From: an uncultured bacterium
Lineage (GTDB): Bacteria > Omnitrophota > Omnitrophia > Omnitrophales > Aquincolibacteriaceae
NCBI GenBank assembly: GCA_964385615.1
Contig: CAYLPP010000012.1
Span: forward strand, 16,865 to 80,864
Length of the DNA: 64,000 bases
Direction: 5' to 3'
Position 1 is the first letter of the stretch; the number at the start of each line of letters is the position of its first letter. This document shows, piece by piece, positions 28,795 to 39,160 of the stretch. Under the pieces are notes generated by a model. It saw only the letters and a program-made list of their open reading frames with translations. It did no database searches and had not been told where the DNA came from. Position numbers and translations under genes: made by a program.

Positions 28795-30076
28795 AACCGC
28801 TGGCCCAGGCCCACTGAAAATTGAACCCGCCTATCCGGCCGTCCACATCCAGAATTTCACCGGCAAAGAAAAGCCCTTTCTGCAGTTTAGACTGAAGCGT
28901 CAGCCGTTCAACCTCCGAAAAGTCCACGCCTCCGGCAGTTACTTCCGCTTTAGCGTAACCAAGATCGCCGGTAACCGGAAGTGGAAAATAAAGCAGACTG
29001 CGGATTAATTTATTTTTTTGCTCCCGGCTGACTTGATTTAGAATCAAATCTTCAGGAAAATCCAGTCTGCGCATCAGCACTTCTACCAGACTGACAGGAA
29101 GCTCCATCGAAAGGAATCTTTTCAATGTCATTTTTGGACTTTCCGCAATTTCACTCTCGATGGCACCGCGGAGTTCATCTTCATTGAACGAAGGCGCGAA
29201 ACTGACCAGAATCTCAGCTTTTCCCCCGGAGCGGATCCAGTGCCGGCTGACATTCAGCGCGGCGGGCCCGCTGTACCCCTGATGCGTAAATAAAAAATCC
29301 CCTTCGAATTCATAGATTTTTTTACCCTCTCGCCGGACCGTCAACCGAACCGGAAGAGCAACGCCCGAAAGACTTTGCAAGCCGGCGTCATTTCCGCGAA
29401 GCGGAGTTAAAGAAGGTGAAGTGGGAATTAAGCTATGACCGAATTTTTTGGCGAGTTCGTATCCTGTACCATCACTGCCTGTCGAGGGAAAGGAAAGGCC
29501 TCCCGTCGCCAAAATCACCGCGCGCGCGCGGAACACACGGCCGGAGCCCGCGGTTAATTCAAAAACTTCATTATGAAACGCGATCCCGGTAATTTTTTGA
29601 CCCGATTCCAGCACCGCCCCGCTTCGGTCCATTTCCTTAACCAGCGCTTCCAGAATAGTCCGGCCAGAATGAGTCGACGGGAAATACTTCCCGTTAGGTT
29701 CTAAAATCAGTTCAACGCCGAGCTCTTCGAAAAAATTCCGGGCTTGTTCCGGCCGGAATGCCGCAAGCACGGAGCGGACGATTTTCCCCTGCTCCGATTC
29801 ATAATCTTTTTCCGTAACAGTCTGATTTGTCACGTTACAGCGAGTGCCGCCGGACATCAAAATTTTCGCGCCGATCTTTTCACGCCCATCCAGAATCAAA
29901 ACCCGGCTTCCGGCGCGGGCGGACGTAATCGCGGCCATTAATCCCGCCGCCCCCGCTCCGACGATCGCAATATCCCAAATTGTTTTTTCCGTTACATCCG
30001 TCATTTCAGCAATGCCTTTCAAAATATTCTTCCACTTTACGGTAGGCATTTTCCGAAATAAACTCTCCGTCTCCAA
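28739..30076 (-). CDS. NAD(P)/FAD-dependent oxidoreductase, HI0933/BaiN-like flavoprotein
   Basis: Dinucleotide fold DIAIVGAGAAGLMAA and a C-terminal GG-containing FAD motif. The likely true start is MTDVTEKT at about 30004. Confidence 0.85.
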   Translation of the reverse strand: METESLFRKMPTVKWKNILKGIAEMTDVTEKTIWDIAIVGAGAAGLMAAITSARAGSRVLILDGREKIGAKILMSGGTRCNVTNQTVTEKDYESEQGKIVRSVLAAFRPEQARNFFEELGVELILEPNGKYFPSTHSGRTILEALVKEMDRSGAVLESGQKITGIAFHNEVFELTAGSGRVFRARAVILATGGLSFPSTGSDGTGYELAKKFGHSLIPTSPSLTPLRGNDAGLQSLSGVALPVRLTVRREGKKIYEFEGDFLFTHQGYSGPAALNVSRHWIRSGGKAEILVSFAPSFNEDELRGAIESEIAESPKMTLKRFLSMELPVSLVEVLMRRLDFPEDLILNQVSREQKNKLIRSLLYFPLPVTGDLGYAKAEVTAGGVDFSEVERLTLQSKLQKGLFFAGEILDVDGRIGGFNFQWAWASGFVSGNAARNYSKGAKTDV

Positions 30077-30611
30077 CTAGAAGGGTTTCAAAATGAATGG
30101 AAAAAATCCGCCTCAACCCCGCCTGAGCCTTGCGGACATCCGCGTATTTGACATCAGGAAGCATATTCAGACTGCCCGAAGGGTGTCCAATTAAAGCGTC
30201 CCCTACAATCAAAATCTTCCGGTCCGTCAGATAAAAAGCGCATTCTCCGGGAGACTTTTGCTCTCTCAGGTGAATCACCTTAAGCCCGCATAAAAGATCC
30301 TGGCCGTCACGAAAAGTGAAATCCGCGCGTTCCCTCAAAAGAGTTTCGTCATGTTCATGAACCGCGATCGGGGTTTTCCATTTTTTTCTGAGATCATAAG
30401 CCATGCGCTCATGGTCTTTGTTGGAAAGATAGATCGCGTCAAACGCGCCATGGGATTCTATTTGCGCCAAAAGACTTCCATCCATAAAAACAGGGTCGAT
30501 CAGAACACGCTTTTTTCCGTCTGAGACCAGTGTGCCGTTAAAAAAATAGCCTTTCTCCGGCGACATCCAGCTCCACATCCAGATTCCTTCCGTGACTTTT
30601 TTAAGGGTCAT
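30006..30611 (-). CDS. MBL-fold metallo-hydrolase
   Basis: 201 aa. HxHxDH-like: LSNKDHERMAY ... IVGDALIGH. Confidence 0.7.
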   Translation of the reverse strand: MTLKKVTEGIWMWSWMSPEKGYFFNGTLVSDGKKRVLIDPVFMDGSLLAQIESHGAFDAIYLSNKDHERMAYDLRKKWKTPIAVHEHDETLLRERADFTFRDGQDLLCGLKVIHLREQKSPGECAFYLTDRKILIVGDALIGHPSGSLNMLPDVKYADVRKAQAGLRRIFSIHFETLLVGDGEFISENAYRKVEEYFERHC

Positions 30612-31453
30612 TATTTAAGCGCCTCCGCCAGAGCCAGATAATCTTTAAAAAGCAGTTCTTCCCCGCGCGCGGTGGGTTTAATCGCCAGACTCATGAAAAT
30701 TTTCTCCAGCTCTTCGCGGTTTTTTCCGGTTTTTGAATCCCGGCTCAGAATTCCAAGGAGAGTCTTCCGTCTTTGCGAAAAGGCTTTTTCGATTAGTTTA
30801 AAAACACGGGCTTCGAGTTTCGGTTCTAAAAGCTGCTTCTCTGGAAAGAAATCAAAAACCAGCACCGAAGAGCTGACCTCCGGCTGAGGCGTGAAACAAC
30901 CGCGGGAAACATCAAAGGCATGGCGCACATCCGCCGAATACCGCGCCGCCAGCGTTAAACGGCTGTAATCTTTCGAACCGGGAGAAGCGAGCACGCGGTC
31001 GGCAACCTCCGTCTGCATCATCAGCACTGCCTGAGAAATCATAAACCTCGCGTCCGCAAGGCAAAATAAAATCGGTGCCGTAATATAATAAGGCAGGTTG
31101 CTGACCACTTTGATCTTTTTCTTTTTCCCGGATTTTTCCCAAAATTTCTTAAAATCAAACCGGATAATATCATCTTCGATCACTTCAAGCAGACCGGTGC
31201 TTCCATATTCTTCCCGAAGAATTTCAACAAAACGGGGGTCTTTTTCCACCGCGATAACCTTGATTCCCCGGCCCAGAATTTCCCCGGTTAAAGCTCCAAG
31301 CCCGGGGCCGATTTCAAAAACGGTTTCCCCCTTTTTCAGCTCAAGCAGATCAACTATTTTTTTCTGAATATTCGGATCGATCAGCAGATGCTGGCCCATG
31401 TTTCCGCGAACGCTGAGCCCGTGTTTTTTCAGCAGTTCAATCTGAGTGGTCAT
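30611..31453 (-). CDS. rsmA: 16S rRNA (adenine1518/1519-N6)-dimethyltransferase
   Basis: GQHLLIDPNI...VFEIGPGLGALT...NLPYYIT motifs. Confidence 0.9.
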   Translation of the reverse strand: MTTQIELLKKHGLSVRGNMGQHLLIDPNIQKKIVDLLELKKGETVFEIGPGLGALTGEILGRGIKVIAVEKDPRFVEILREEYGSTGLLEVIEDDIIRFDFKKFWEKSGKKKKIKVVSNLPYYITAPILFCLADARFMISQAVLMMQTEVADRVLASPGSKDYSRLTLAARYSADVRHAFDVSRGCFTPQPEVSSSVLVFDFFPEKQLLEPKLEARVFKLIEKAFSQRRKTLLGILSRDSKTGKNREELEKIFMSLAIKPTARGEELLFKDYLALAEALK

Positions 31454-32418
31454 CAGCGGGAAGCCAATTTCTCGGCAAGACTCAATGAAGCGCGCAGGGA
31501 AACGGGGTCCGCCTGGCCTTTATAGGCAATATCAAAAGCAGTGCCGTGATCGGGGCTGGTGCGGATAAAAGGCAACCCCAGCGTGACATTCACGCCGTCA
31601 CGGAAGGAAATCATTTTAAACGGTGCCAGCCCCTGGTCATGATACATACTGATTACGGCATCAAACCGGCCTTCGTAGGCATCAAAGAATAGTTGATCCG
31701 CGGAGAGTGGTCCTGAAACTTTTAAGCCCCTTTTCCGGGCTTTATTTACCGCGGGCCTGATTTCCGCTTCATCCTCAGTCCCCGTTTCCCGCCCATGGGG
31801 GTTTAGCGCGCAAACCGCCAGCCGGGGGGTTTTGCGTAAAAATTTTTTGAAAAAATCGTGCGTCAGCTGAATTTTCTCAAAAACCAGTCCGCGTTTAATC
31901 AAAGTATTCACTTTTCTAATCGGCACATGAATCGTCGCCAGCGTTACTTTCAGTTTCGGCCCGTAAAACATCATGGCAAATTTTTTGACGCCCGCAACAT
32001 CAGCGAGATATTCCGTGTGTCCGGTAAAATTCGGATCCATCAGCCTCATAGAGGTTTTATTCAAGGGAGCCGTAACAATCGCTTTGATTTTTCCAGCCGC
32101 GGCAGAATAGGCCGCGGCTTCAAGCGCCGCGAAAGCGCCCTTAGCGTTGGAGAGTGAAACTTTTCCGGGATTTACCGGGCCTTCATAAACTTTCCAGAAA
32201 TAAACCGGAGCTTTTCCGATTTCAGAAAGCGAACGGATTACCGGGACCTTGATCTTTAAACCCGTTCTTTTTTGAAGAAGTTCAAAGGGTTCCTGCGAAC
32301 CGGTGATGAGATACTGGTATTGACGGGAAGGTTTAAACTGGCGGAAAGTTTTGGCGATAATTTCGGGGCCGACTCCGCCCGGGTCTCCCATCGTGACCGC
32401 GATCAGGGATTGTTTCAT
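31453..32418 (-). CDS. pdxA: 4-hydroxythreonine-4-phosphate dehydrogenase
   Basis: IAVTMGDPGGVGPEI ... GHTEYLA ... ISMYHDQGLAPFK PdxA signature, 321 aa. Confidence 0.9.
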   Translation of the reverse strand: MKQSLIAVTMGDPGGVGPEIIAKTFRQFKPSRQYQYLITGSQEPFELLQKRTGLKIKVPVIRSLSEIGKAPVYFWKVYEGPVNPGKVSLSNAKGAFAALEAAAYSAAAGKIKAIVTAPLNKTSMRLMDPNFTGHTEYLADVAGVKKFAMMFYGPKLKVTLATIHVPIRKVNTLIKRGLVFEKIQLTHDFFKKFLRKTPRLAVCALNPHGRETGTEDEAEIRPAVNKARKRGLKVSGPLSADQLFFDAYEGRFDAVISMYHDQGLAPFKMISFRDGVNVTLGLPFIRTSPDHGTAFDIAYKGQADPVSLRASLSLAEKLASR

Positions 32419-32431
32419 GAAGCGGAGTGAA

Positions 32432-33463
32432 TTACCGGATGGAAATGTAAGCGTTGCGCTTGAGAGAATTGATCCATTCCTGAAAACGCTTCATGGATTT
32501 TTCACGGAAAAGCCGGTCATAAATCAGCGGCTTGGCCTCCTCGAGCGTCTTGCGGAATTTTTCCTTCTTTTCTTCGAGTCTGAAAATATGGTAACCCATC
32601 GGCGTTTCAATCACGTCTGAAATCTGCCCGGGTTTCAGGGAAAAAATAACCTGGTTAATTTCGGGAATCATTTCTCCGGGGCGAATCCATTCACTGAGAC
32701 CGCCCATCTTGGCGCTGGTATCTTCTGAAGAATCCTGAGCAATTACGCCGAAATCTTCTCCGTCTGAAATACGCTTTTTAAGCTTTTCGATTTTATTTTT
32801 CGCGGTTTCATCCGTCAGACCTTTTTCACGGGCCTCTTCCGATTTCTTAACCGTCAAAGAACGGACTCTCACGGTGCCTTCACTGGAAAACTCATCCGCA
32901 TGCTGAGCATAGAACTCTTCAACTTCCAACGGTGAAACGACAACCTTCGCGCGCACTTCCATGTCTTGAAGATGGCGGATCACCGACTGCCTTTCAAGTC
33001 TTTCGCGCAAAGCCTGAAAACTCATACCTTCTTTTGAAAGCGCGTCTTCCATATCCATATCGCTTTTAAATTTTTTCTTAAAATCGCCAAGCATTCCTTC
33101 AACTTCAGCTTCATTCGGCTCAATTTTCTGCGCGATCGCTTCCTGATAAACGAGCTTATCTTCGATCAGCTGATTCAGGATTTTGCGCTTGGCATCCACC
33201 ATGGCTTCCATGAGGGCTTGACCGGAATATTGGCTTTTGTAATCCTCATAAACAGGGCGCATAACACCGTCAAGCTCGCTCTGGGTGATAGGGTCATCAT
33301 TAACGATGGCAACCACCTGGTCTAAAAGCTGGCGGTCAGCCCGGGCTGAAGGGGCCGAAAAAAAGGTCAAAATGATGAGTAAAATCAGGGGTTTCTTCAT
33401 AGAGGTTTTGGAGGGCTTTATTATGCCCCAGGGTCCGGCCTTTTTCAAGGCGCTTTTCCCCAA
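32432..33463 (-). CDS. SurA-like periplasmic peptidyl-prolyl cis-trans isomerase (parvulin domain)
   Basis: Signal peptide, SurA N-terminal-like chaperone region and a C-terminal PpiC domain (VIETPMGYHIFRLEEK). Confidence 0.8.
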   Translation of the reverse strand: MGKSALKKAGPWGIIKPSKTSMKKPLILLIILTFFSAPSARADRQLLDQVVAIVNDDPITQSELDGVMRPVYEDYKSQYSGQALMEAMVDAKRKILNQLIEDKLVYQEAIAQKIEPNEAEVEGMLGDFKKKFKSDMDMEDALSKEGMSFQALRERLERQSVIRHLQDMEVRAKVVVSPLEVEEFYAQHADEFSSEGTVRVRSLTVKKSEEAREKGLTDETAKNKIEKLKKRISDGEDFGVIAQDSSEDTSAKMGGLSEWIRPGEMIPEINQVIFSLKPGQISDVIETPMGYHIFRLEEKKEKFRKTLEEAKPLIYDRLFREKSMKRFQEWINSLKRNAYISIR

Positions 33464-33472
33464 GTCCTCTGA

Positions 33473-35398
33473 CTAGTGCCCGCGAACGGAGCGTTCCCGT
33501 GGCGCTTTATTTGTCTTTTTGGACTCTTCTATAGCAGATTTGAGCATTTTGCAGTAAAGGTCAAAACCCACGGCATGAATAAATCCGCTTTGCTCGTGCC
33601 CCAGCAGGTTGCCCGCCCCCCGGATTTCAAGGTCCTCCAGAGCGATTTTGAAGCCGGAACCCAATTCCGTAAAACGCTCAATCGCCGCCAAACGCTTCTC
33701 CGCGTCTTTGGGCATAATGTAATTTTTAGGCACCATGAAATAAGCATAAGCCTGGCGTTTTTCATGATAACGCCCCACCCTTCCGCGCAGCTGGTACAAA
33801 TCCGCCAAACCAAACAGATCCGCGCGGTTTACGAAAATCGTATTCGCGTTAGGAATATCAATCCCTGACTCAATAATGTTTGTGGCAATCAGGCAGTCGA
33901 TTTTCTTTTCTTCAAACGCGTCCATCACCATTTCCAGTGACTCAGGATCCATCTGCCCGTGCGCCACGCCTAACCGCGCTTGCGGAACCAGTTCTTTCAG
34001 ATGCGCGTGGATTTTTTCAATTGAAGCCACGCGGTTGTGAATAAAATAAATTTGTCCGTTCCGGGCCAGTTCTTTTTCAAAAGCGCGTTTCACCGTCTGA
34101 TCGTTATATTCCAAAACATAAGTTTCAACCGGCAGACGCATTTTGGGCGGAGTGTTAATGGCCGACATATCGCGCACGCCCAGCAGAGCCATGTAAAGAG
34201 TGCGGGGAATCGGCGTGGCGGTAAGCGTTAAAATATCCACTTCCGCGCGCATATGCTTTAAGCGTTCTTTATGTTTAACGCCGAAGCGCTGTTCTTCGTC
34301 AATTACCAGCAGGCCGAGATCTTTAAATTGAATATCTTTGGAAAGCAGGCGGTGAGTTCCGATGACGATATCGGTTGTGCCTTCACGCACGGATACGGCA
34401 ACGTTCTTCAAATCTTTCGCTGAGCGGAAACGTGACAAAACCTCCACCGTGACCGGAAAATTTTTCATGCGCTTTTTAAAAACGTGGTAGTGCTGTTCGG
34501 CCAGCACTGTCGTCGGCACCAGCACCGCAACCTGCTTGCCCGCGTTCACCGCTTTAAAAGCCGCGCGGATGGCAACTTCGGTTTTACCGTAACCGACATC
34601 CCCGGCTAAAAGACGGTCCATTGGCTTATTGGATTCCATGTCGCGCTTGACTTCTTCAATCGCCCGCTTCTGATCCGGAGTTTCTTCAAACGGGAAATCA
34701 TCCTCAAACACTTTCTGCCAGGGGTGATCAGCCGGAAAGGCGTAGCCTCCGCCCATACTGCGCATTGCCTGAATCACAATCATTTCCCGCGCCACATTTT
34801 CAACCGCGCGTTTCGTTTTTTCTTTAAGCGTTTCCCACTCTTTACCGTGCAGTTTGGTCAGCCTGGGCGTATGACCGTGCCCGCCGATATAGCGCTCCAG
34901 CGGTTCATGCATCTCGATATAAATAATTTCACGGTTGGCGTATTCAATCGCCATATGGCGGAGGCGGTCACCTTTAACCTGAATCATTTTGGTGCCCAAA
35001 AAACGGCCGATGCCGTATTTCAAATGCACCACATAATCGCCGGGGCGCAAATCCTTGATCTGGGAAACCGGTTCAAAATCCTGATACTGGCCGGAAAGCC
35101 GACTCATTTTTTTCTCGAGAGTTTCAGTCACGGGAATCAGGAAGACTTCTTCGAAACTAGCCAGCGATTTGCCGTCATTAATGGAAAAATCACGGATGGA
35201 GGAAATGCGGTCGGCCTCAAACTCAAGGCGCACCGGGCTCCGGTAGGTCATGGGGTAAATGTCGAAAATGGCTCCGCGCCGGGCAAATTCGCCCGGCTTC
35301 ATCACCATATCCGTTTTTTGATAGCGGAGGTCACGCAGGAGGTCTTCAAGACCCTCCCGGTCAATTTCCTGTCCGGTTGTAAGCTTCCGCAGTTCCAT
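33473..35398 (-). CDS. mfd: transcription-repair coupling factor Mfd, domain-minimal form (RID + translocase only)
   Basis: Strong matches to three Mfd regions:
- D1b fragment [21 protein letters not shown];
- RNAP-interaction domain [16 protein letters not shown]...[11 protein letters not shown];
- superfamily-2 translocase [19 protein letters not shown]...[11 protein letters not shown]...[11 protein letters not shown]...QLRGRVGR.
The protein stops right after the TRG/hook region, with no D7. It begins mid-D1b, with no D1a/D2/D3. Confidence 0.85.
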   Translation of the reverse strand: MELRKLTTGQEIDREGLEDLLRDLRYQKTDMVMKPGEFARRGAIFDIYPMTYRSPVRLEFEADRISSIRDFSINDGKSLASFEEVFLIPVTETLEKKMSRLSGQYQDFEPVSQIKDLRPGDYVVHLKYGIGRFLGTKMIQVKGDRLRHMAIEYANREIIYIEMHEPLERYIGGHGHTPRLTKLHGKEWETLKEKTKRAVENVAREMIVIQAMRSMGGGYAFPADHPWQKVFEDDFPFEETPDQKRAIEEVKRDMESNKPMDRLLAGDVGYGKTEVAIRAAFKAVNAGKQVAVLVPTTVLAEQHYHVFKKRMKNFPVTVEVLSRFRSAKDLKNVAVSVREGTTDIVIGTHRLLSKDIQFKDLGLLVIDEEQRFGVKHKERLKHMRAEVDILTLTATPIPRTLYMALLGVRDMSAINTPPKMRLPVETYVLEYNDQTVKRAFEKELARNGQIYFIHNRVASIEKIHAHLKELVPQARLGVAHGQMDPESLEMVMDAFEEKKIDCLIATNIIESGIDIPNANTIFVNRADLFGLADLYQLRGRVGRYHEKRQAYAYFMVPKNYIMPKDAEKRLAAIERFTELGSGFKIALEDLEIRGAGNLLGHEQSGFIHAVGFDLYCKMLKSAIEESKKTNKAPRERSVRGH

Positions 35399-35419
35399 AA
35401 CGGAAAGAAGGGCGCTTTC

Positions 35420-37276
35420 CTAAAACTTCCAGAAAACCGGAATAAGCGCGATTGAGAAAAGAAAGCAAATCAGGTTAAGAACGGGACCGACTTTAAGGTA
35501 GTCACTGAATTTATACCCGCCCGCGGCCTGCACCATAAGGTGGGTCTGATAACCTAACGGCGTGGAAAAACCCCACGACGCTGCGAATGTAACCGCCATC
35601 ACAAAAGGCATGGGACTCACACCCATCTTGTGCGCGGTCGCCAGCGCGATTGGAAAAATCAGAGCGGCCGCGGAATTGTTGGTCATAATTTCCGTCAAAA
35701 AATTAGTCAGAAGATAAATCGCGGCCAGAATCCCAACCAACCCCAAAGGCTGGGCCACACTCACCACACCCCCGGCAATCATCGCGGCCAGCCCGGTCTT
35801 CTGCATCGCGAAGCTGATACCGAATGAGCAGGCAATCGTAATCAACACGTCCCAGCGCATGGCCTTTTTAGCTTCCGCGCCCGGCAGCGCCCCGCACATC
35901 AGCGTCGCGATCACAGCGGCAAAAGCCATCTGAAGAATTCCGACTTTCTGCCCGCCGATCGAAAAATACCCCATCTCTCCGAGCACGGCGCCAATCACCA
36001 TCAGCAAAGTCACGCCCAGCACAATAAAGCTTTTCAAGCCTCCGCCCGGCGCGATATCTTTCAAATAAGACATTAAATAAAAATCCGTGGAATCTTTCCA
36101 CGAGCTAAGAAAATCTTCAGGCGCGAAAAGCAAAAGCGTATCGCCCGCGCGCAAAGTAATATCCCCGATCTTGGACTGAATCCTTTCGCCGTTCCGGTGA
36201 ATCGCGACAACTCCCGCGCCGTATTTCCCCCGGAAATGGCATTCTTTAACTGTTTTTCCCAAAATCGGAGAGCCGTGCGAAACTACGGCTTCAACTAAAT
36301 GCGCGCGCATTTTTGAAAAATCGCGCTCAAACATTTCATCCGCCGGAACCAGTCCCGGAATTTCCTGAAGATCCAGCACCGCGGACGTCACCCCCGCGAA
36401 CATCAGGCAATCCTCAGCTTCAAGAACCTGAGTGCTTGAAACAGGGCCCAGCGATTTACCCTCGCGTTCAATATCCACCAAGAAAAGGCCTTTCAGGTTT
36501 CTAAGGCCGGCATTTTTAACATTCTTTCCGACCAGCGGGCACCCTTTCTTCACGCGCATTTCAATGACGTATTCACGGCTGTGCTCCGTCACAAATTCGC
36601 TCACGCCCTGGCGGTCAGGCAATAAGTGCCTGCCGACAAAAGCGATATACAAAAGGCCGACAATCGTTACCGGAATCCCTACTTTCGCCAATTCGAAGAA
36701 CTGCATTCCGTGCATGCCGTTATTGATCATCAGACCGTGCACCACCAGGTTCGTGGAGGTTCCAATCAGCGTGATACAGCCGCCAAGCACGGTCGCGAAC
36801 GAAAGCGGAATAAAAAATTTAGACGCCGGCAGGTTGCTGTTACGCGTCCACTTTTTGATGATCGGCGTAAAAATCGCCACAATCGCCGTATTGTTGAGAA
36901 AAGCCGAAAGCCCGGCAATAGGCGCCATCATTTTAAGCATTAAAAGAGAAAGGTTGGGACGGCGGTGGTAAATACCTAAAAAGTTGAAGACCGCGGAATC
37001 AAGCGCTCCAGTGTTGCGGATCGCTTCACTTAACACAAACAGGAGAGCTACAGTAATCAAACCTTCATTCGAAAATCCGGCCAGGGCTTCTTTGGGAGTA
37101 ATAATGCCGGGAATGAGCAAAAAGGTCAGCGCGGTTGAAAGCACAAATTCCATCGTGCCCCAACTGCGGCCCAAAGCCACGACCATTCCCACAATAACTA
37201 TTAATGTCCAAACAGCCGGAAAATCCAAAAAACCCCTCCTGGGAGAGCCCCTGTAAGCAGTTTGGGATAATACCAC
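35420..37276 (-). CDS. SLC13/DASS family anion transporter with two central TrkA-C (RCK_C) domains
   Basis: Inverted-repeat TM halves with two cytoplasmic TrkA-C-like segments (VIEMRVKKGCPLVGKNV..., LVEAVVSHGSPILGKTV...). Confidence 0.85.
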   Translation of the reverse strand: MVLSQTAYRGSPRRGFLDFPAVWTLIVIVGMVVALGRSWGTMEFVLSTALTFLLIPGIITPKEALAGFSNEGLITVALLFVLSEAIRNTGALDSAVFNFLGIYHRRPNLSLLMLKMMAPIAGLSAFLNNTAIVAIFTPIIKKWTRNSNLPASKFFIPLSFATVLGGCITLIGTSTNLVVHGLMINNGMHGMQFFELAKVGIPVTIVGLLYIAFVGRHLLPDRQGVSEFVTEHSREYVIEMRVKKGCPLVGKNVKNAGLRNLKGLFLVDIEREGKSLGPVSSTQVLEAEDCLMFAGVTSAVLDLQEIPGLVPADEMFERDFSKMRAHLVEAVVSHGSPILGKTVKECHFRGKYGAGVVAIHRNGERIQSKIGDITLRAGDTLLLFAPEDFLSSWKDSTDFYLMSYLKDIAPGGGLKSFIVLGVTLLMVIGAVLGEMGYFSIGGQKVGILQMAFAAVIATLMCGALPGAEAKKAMRWDVLITIACSFGISFAMQKTGLAAMIAGGVVSVAQPLGLVGILAAIYLLTNFLTEIMTNNSAAALIFPIALATAHKMGVSPMPFVMAVTFAASWGFSTPLGYQTHLMVQAAGGYKFSDYLKVGPVLNLICFLFSIALIPVFWKF

Positions 37277-37654
37277 GAAACCGGGCGAGAGTAAAAATCG
37301 CCTTTAGGGACTCATCACAATGAGCGTATTCCGGAGAAAGCACGTTAATCACCTGCGCGGGTTCGTGGCTTTCAAATTTTTCTTCCAGTTCTTCTTTGGC
37401 AATAACCTGAACCATAAAACGCCTCCTTTTGCTTGTAGATACAGTTTTCTTTCAGGCGGGATTAACTCAATAACCGTGCCAACTTCTCTCTAAGGGAACT
37501 AACTTAAAAAGACGGGGGAACCGTCTGAAAAACAGCGGAAACTGTCTGAACTATCTTACAAATAAATGCCCCGAAGAACCGGACTGTACGGAATAAATCC
37601 GCAAGATCCATTTTTTTCATGACAGGCGTTATAGCATTATGGTAATTTTACGCC

Positions 37655-38287
37655 ATGTGCTTCGGGCCGATACCCAGTTTCGCCAGCAGTGCCGTCTTAA
37701 CCACAGCCGGCGCCGTCACCCTCAAAACCACCCGCTCCCGAAATGAGCTGGTAATCGCGGCTTTTCCCCTTCTTTTCGGCATTCAGCAATTCATTGAAGG
37801 TCTGATCTGGATAGGCGTTAAAGGCGGACCTTTGCAGGCGTGGCTCAAACCTCTGACCGCGGCTTTTCTTTTTTTCGCTTATTTAATCTGGCCCATTATT
37901 TCACCAATCGCCGTTTATCTTTTGGAGCCTGATCTAAAAAGACGCCGGATTCTTTCCGTTTTCATACTGATGGGCGTCGGAACCGCTATGTATCTTGCCT
38001 GGTTCTTCTTGCAGTATCCGCACGAAGTCACGGTCGTAGGGCATAGCCTGCGTTATCACATCAAAAAATTTTCAACGCTGAACGGATTTTTTTATCTGGG
38101 AGCAACTTACGTTTCCTACCTGATTTCAAGCCACAAGAAACTCTGCGCCCTTGGAGTCATCAATATTATTTTCGCGGGGTTTTCACGCTGGATTTACTGG
38201 AAGACTTTCGATTCGGTGTGGTGTTTCTTCGCGGCTCTTTTAAGCGTGGGGATTTTCTTTTTTCTGCGTTCTCTGCGCAAAAAATAA
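37655..38287 (+). CDS. hypothetical integral membrane protein
   Basis: 210 aa with about 6 predicted TM helices. No recognisable motif. Confidence 0.5.
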   Translation: MCFGPIPSFASSAVLTTAGAVTLKTTRSRNELVIAAFPLLFGIQQFIEGLIWIGVKGGPLQAWLKPLTAAFLFFAYLIWPIISPIAVYLLEPDLKRRRILSVFILMGVGTAMYLAWFFLQYPHEVTVVGHSLRYHIKKFSTLNGFFYLGATYVSYLISSHKKLCALGVINIIFAGFSRWIYWKTFDSVWCFFAALLSVGIFFFLRSLRKK

Positions 38288-38295
38288 CTTGCTGA

Positions 38296-39072
38296 TTAAT
38301 TCCATCCGCCACCCCGCACATTCTTCCTGCGGTAGAGCTGACGGCGAGACTCTTCGTAACGGTTCAAATCATCCTGATAGCTTTGCTGTTGTCTGGAAAT
38401 AGCCTGCTCGAGCGAGGAAGTGTCCTGCCCTGCCGCTCTCTGCTGGTCTAACTGCGCCTGCATATTTCTGAGGTCGATTTCAGAACTCGCCATGGACCGG
38501 CGGTTACGGTCCACGCTGTCGTAATAATCCTGAAGATCGGCATCATTTTGGGGGTATTGCTGTTGGCGGTAAAAACCACGATTCTGATTGAACCCGTTGT
38601 TGTAGCCATTATTGTAACCGTTGTTATAACCATTCTGATTGTAGCCATTCTGCTGAGCCAGCTGTCTTTTGCGCCAGGCTAATTGCTGACTGCTCTGCTG
38701 ATAACGGTTTAAATCGTCCCGGTAGCTTTGCTGAAGGCTGGCGATAGTCTGCTGATCCGCGGAAGTGTCGAGGCCGGCCTGCTGATGCGCCTGCATCTGG
38801 CGGTAAGCTTCGTTGAGGTTGCGCTCTGAGCTTTGCACCGAATTGCGGTTCCGGTTCAAGCTTTCATAGTCCTGATCCAACACGGAATTGTCCTCATAAT
38901 AACCGTCATTGTAGCCATTGTTATAGCCGTTGGACTGAGAGTTCGAGGAGGAACCGCCCAGGACCTGCCCCAGAATATCCATGAATTTGTCACTTTTAGC
39001 GTAAGCAGGACTCACTGCCAACGCCATGAAAACCCCTGCCAAAAAGACCTTCTTAATCCAGCCTGCGCGCAT
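38296..39072 (-). CDS. secreted low-complexity protein with NGY/Q-rich internal tandem duplication
   Basis: Signal peptide MRAGWIKKVFLAGVFMALAVSPAYA. Two ~100-aa repeats, each starting with (NGYN)n and followed by a Q-rich helical stretch (...RNRNSVQSSERNLNEAYRQMQ... / ...RNRRSMASSEIDLRNMQAQLD...). Confidence 0.6.
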   Translation of the reverse strand: MRAGWIKKVFLAGVFMALAVSPAYAKSDKFMDILGQVLGGSSSNSQSNGYNNGYNDGYYEDNSVLDQDYESLNRNRNSVQSSERNLNEAYRQMQAHQQAGLDTSADQQTIASLQQSYRDDLNRYQQSSQQLAWRKRQLAQQNGYNQNGYNNGYNNGYNNGFNQNRGFYRQQQYPQNDADLQDYYDSVDRNRRSMASSEIDLRNMQAQLDQQRAAGQDTSSLEQAISRQQQSYQDDLNRYEESRRQLYRRKNVRGGGWN

Positions 39073-39160
39073 ACCAACTCCCTGGGAATTCCCCGTTTGA
39101 GGGAGGGATTCTATAAGAAAAACCCTTAAATTTGAAAAGAAAATTTAGACCCCGGAAACC

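Noticed and set aside
34724-36971. Plus-strand ORFs 34724-35455 and 36432-36971 (179-243 aa)
   Set aside because: They are antisense to strongly conserved mfd and SLC13 transporter genes. Reading frames this long arise from codon bias on the opposite strand.
37065-37415. 116-aa ORF upstream of, and overlapping, the SLC13 transporter start. Its first about 45 aa faintly resemble a rhodanese N-terminus.
   Set aside because: Only the non-overlapping 5' third looks protein-like. The rest overlaps the transporter frame. It is possibly a decayed rhodanese fragment, but the evidence is too weak to call a gene or pseudogene.
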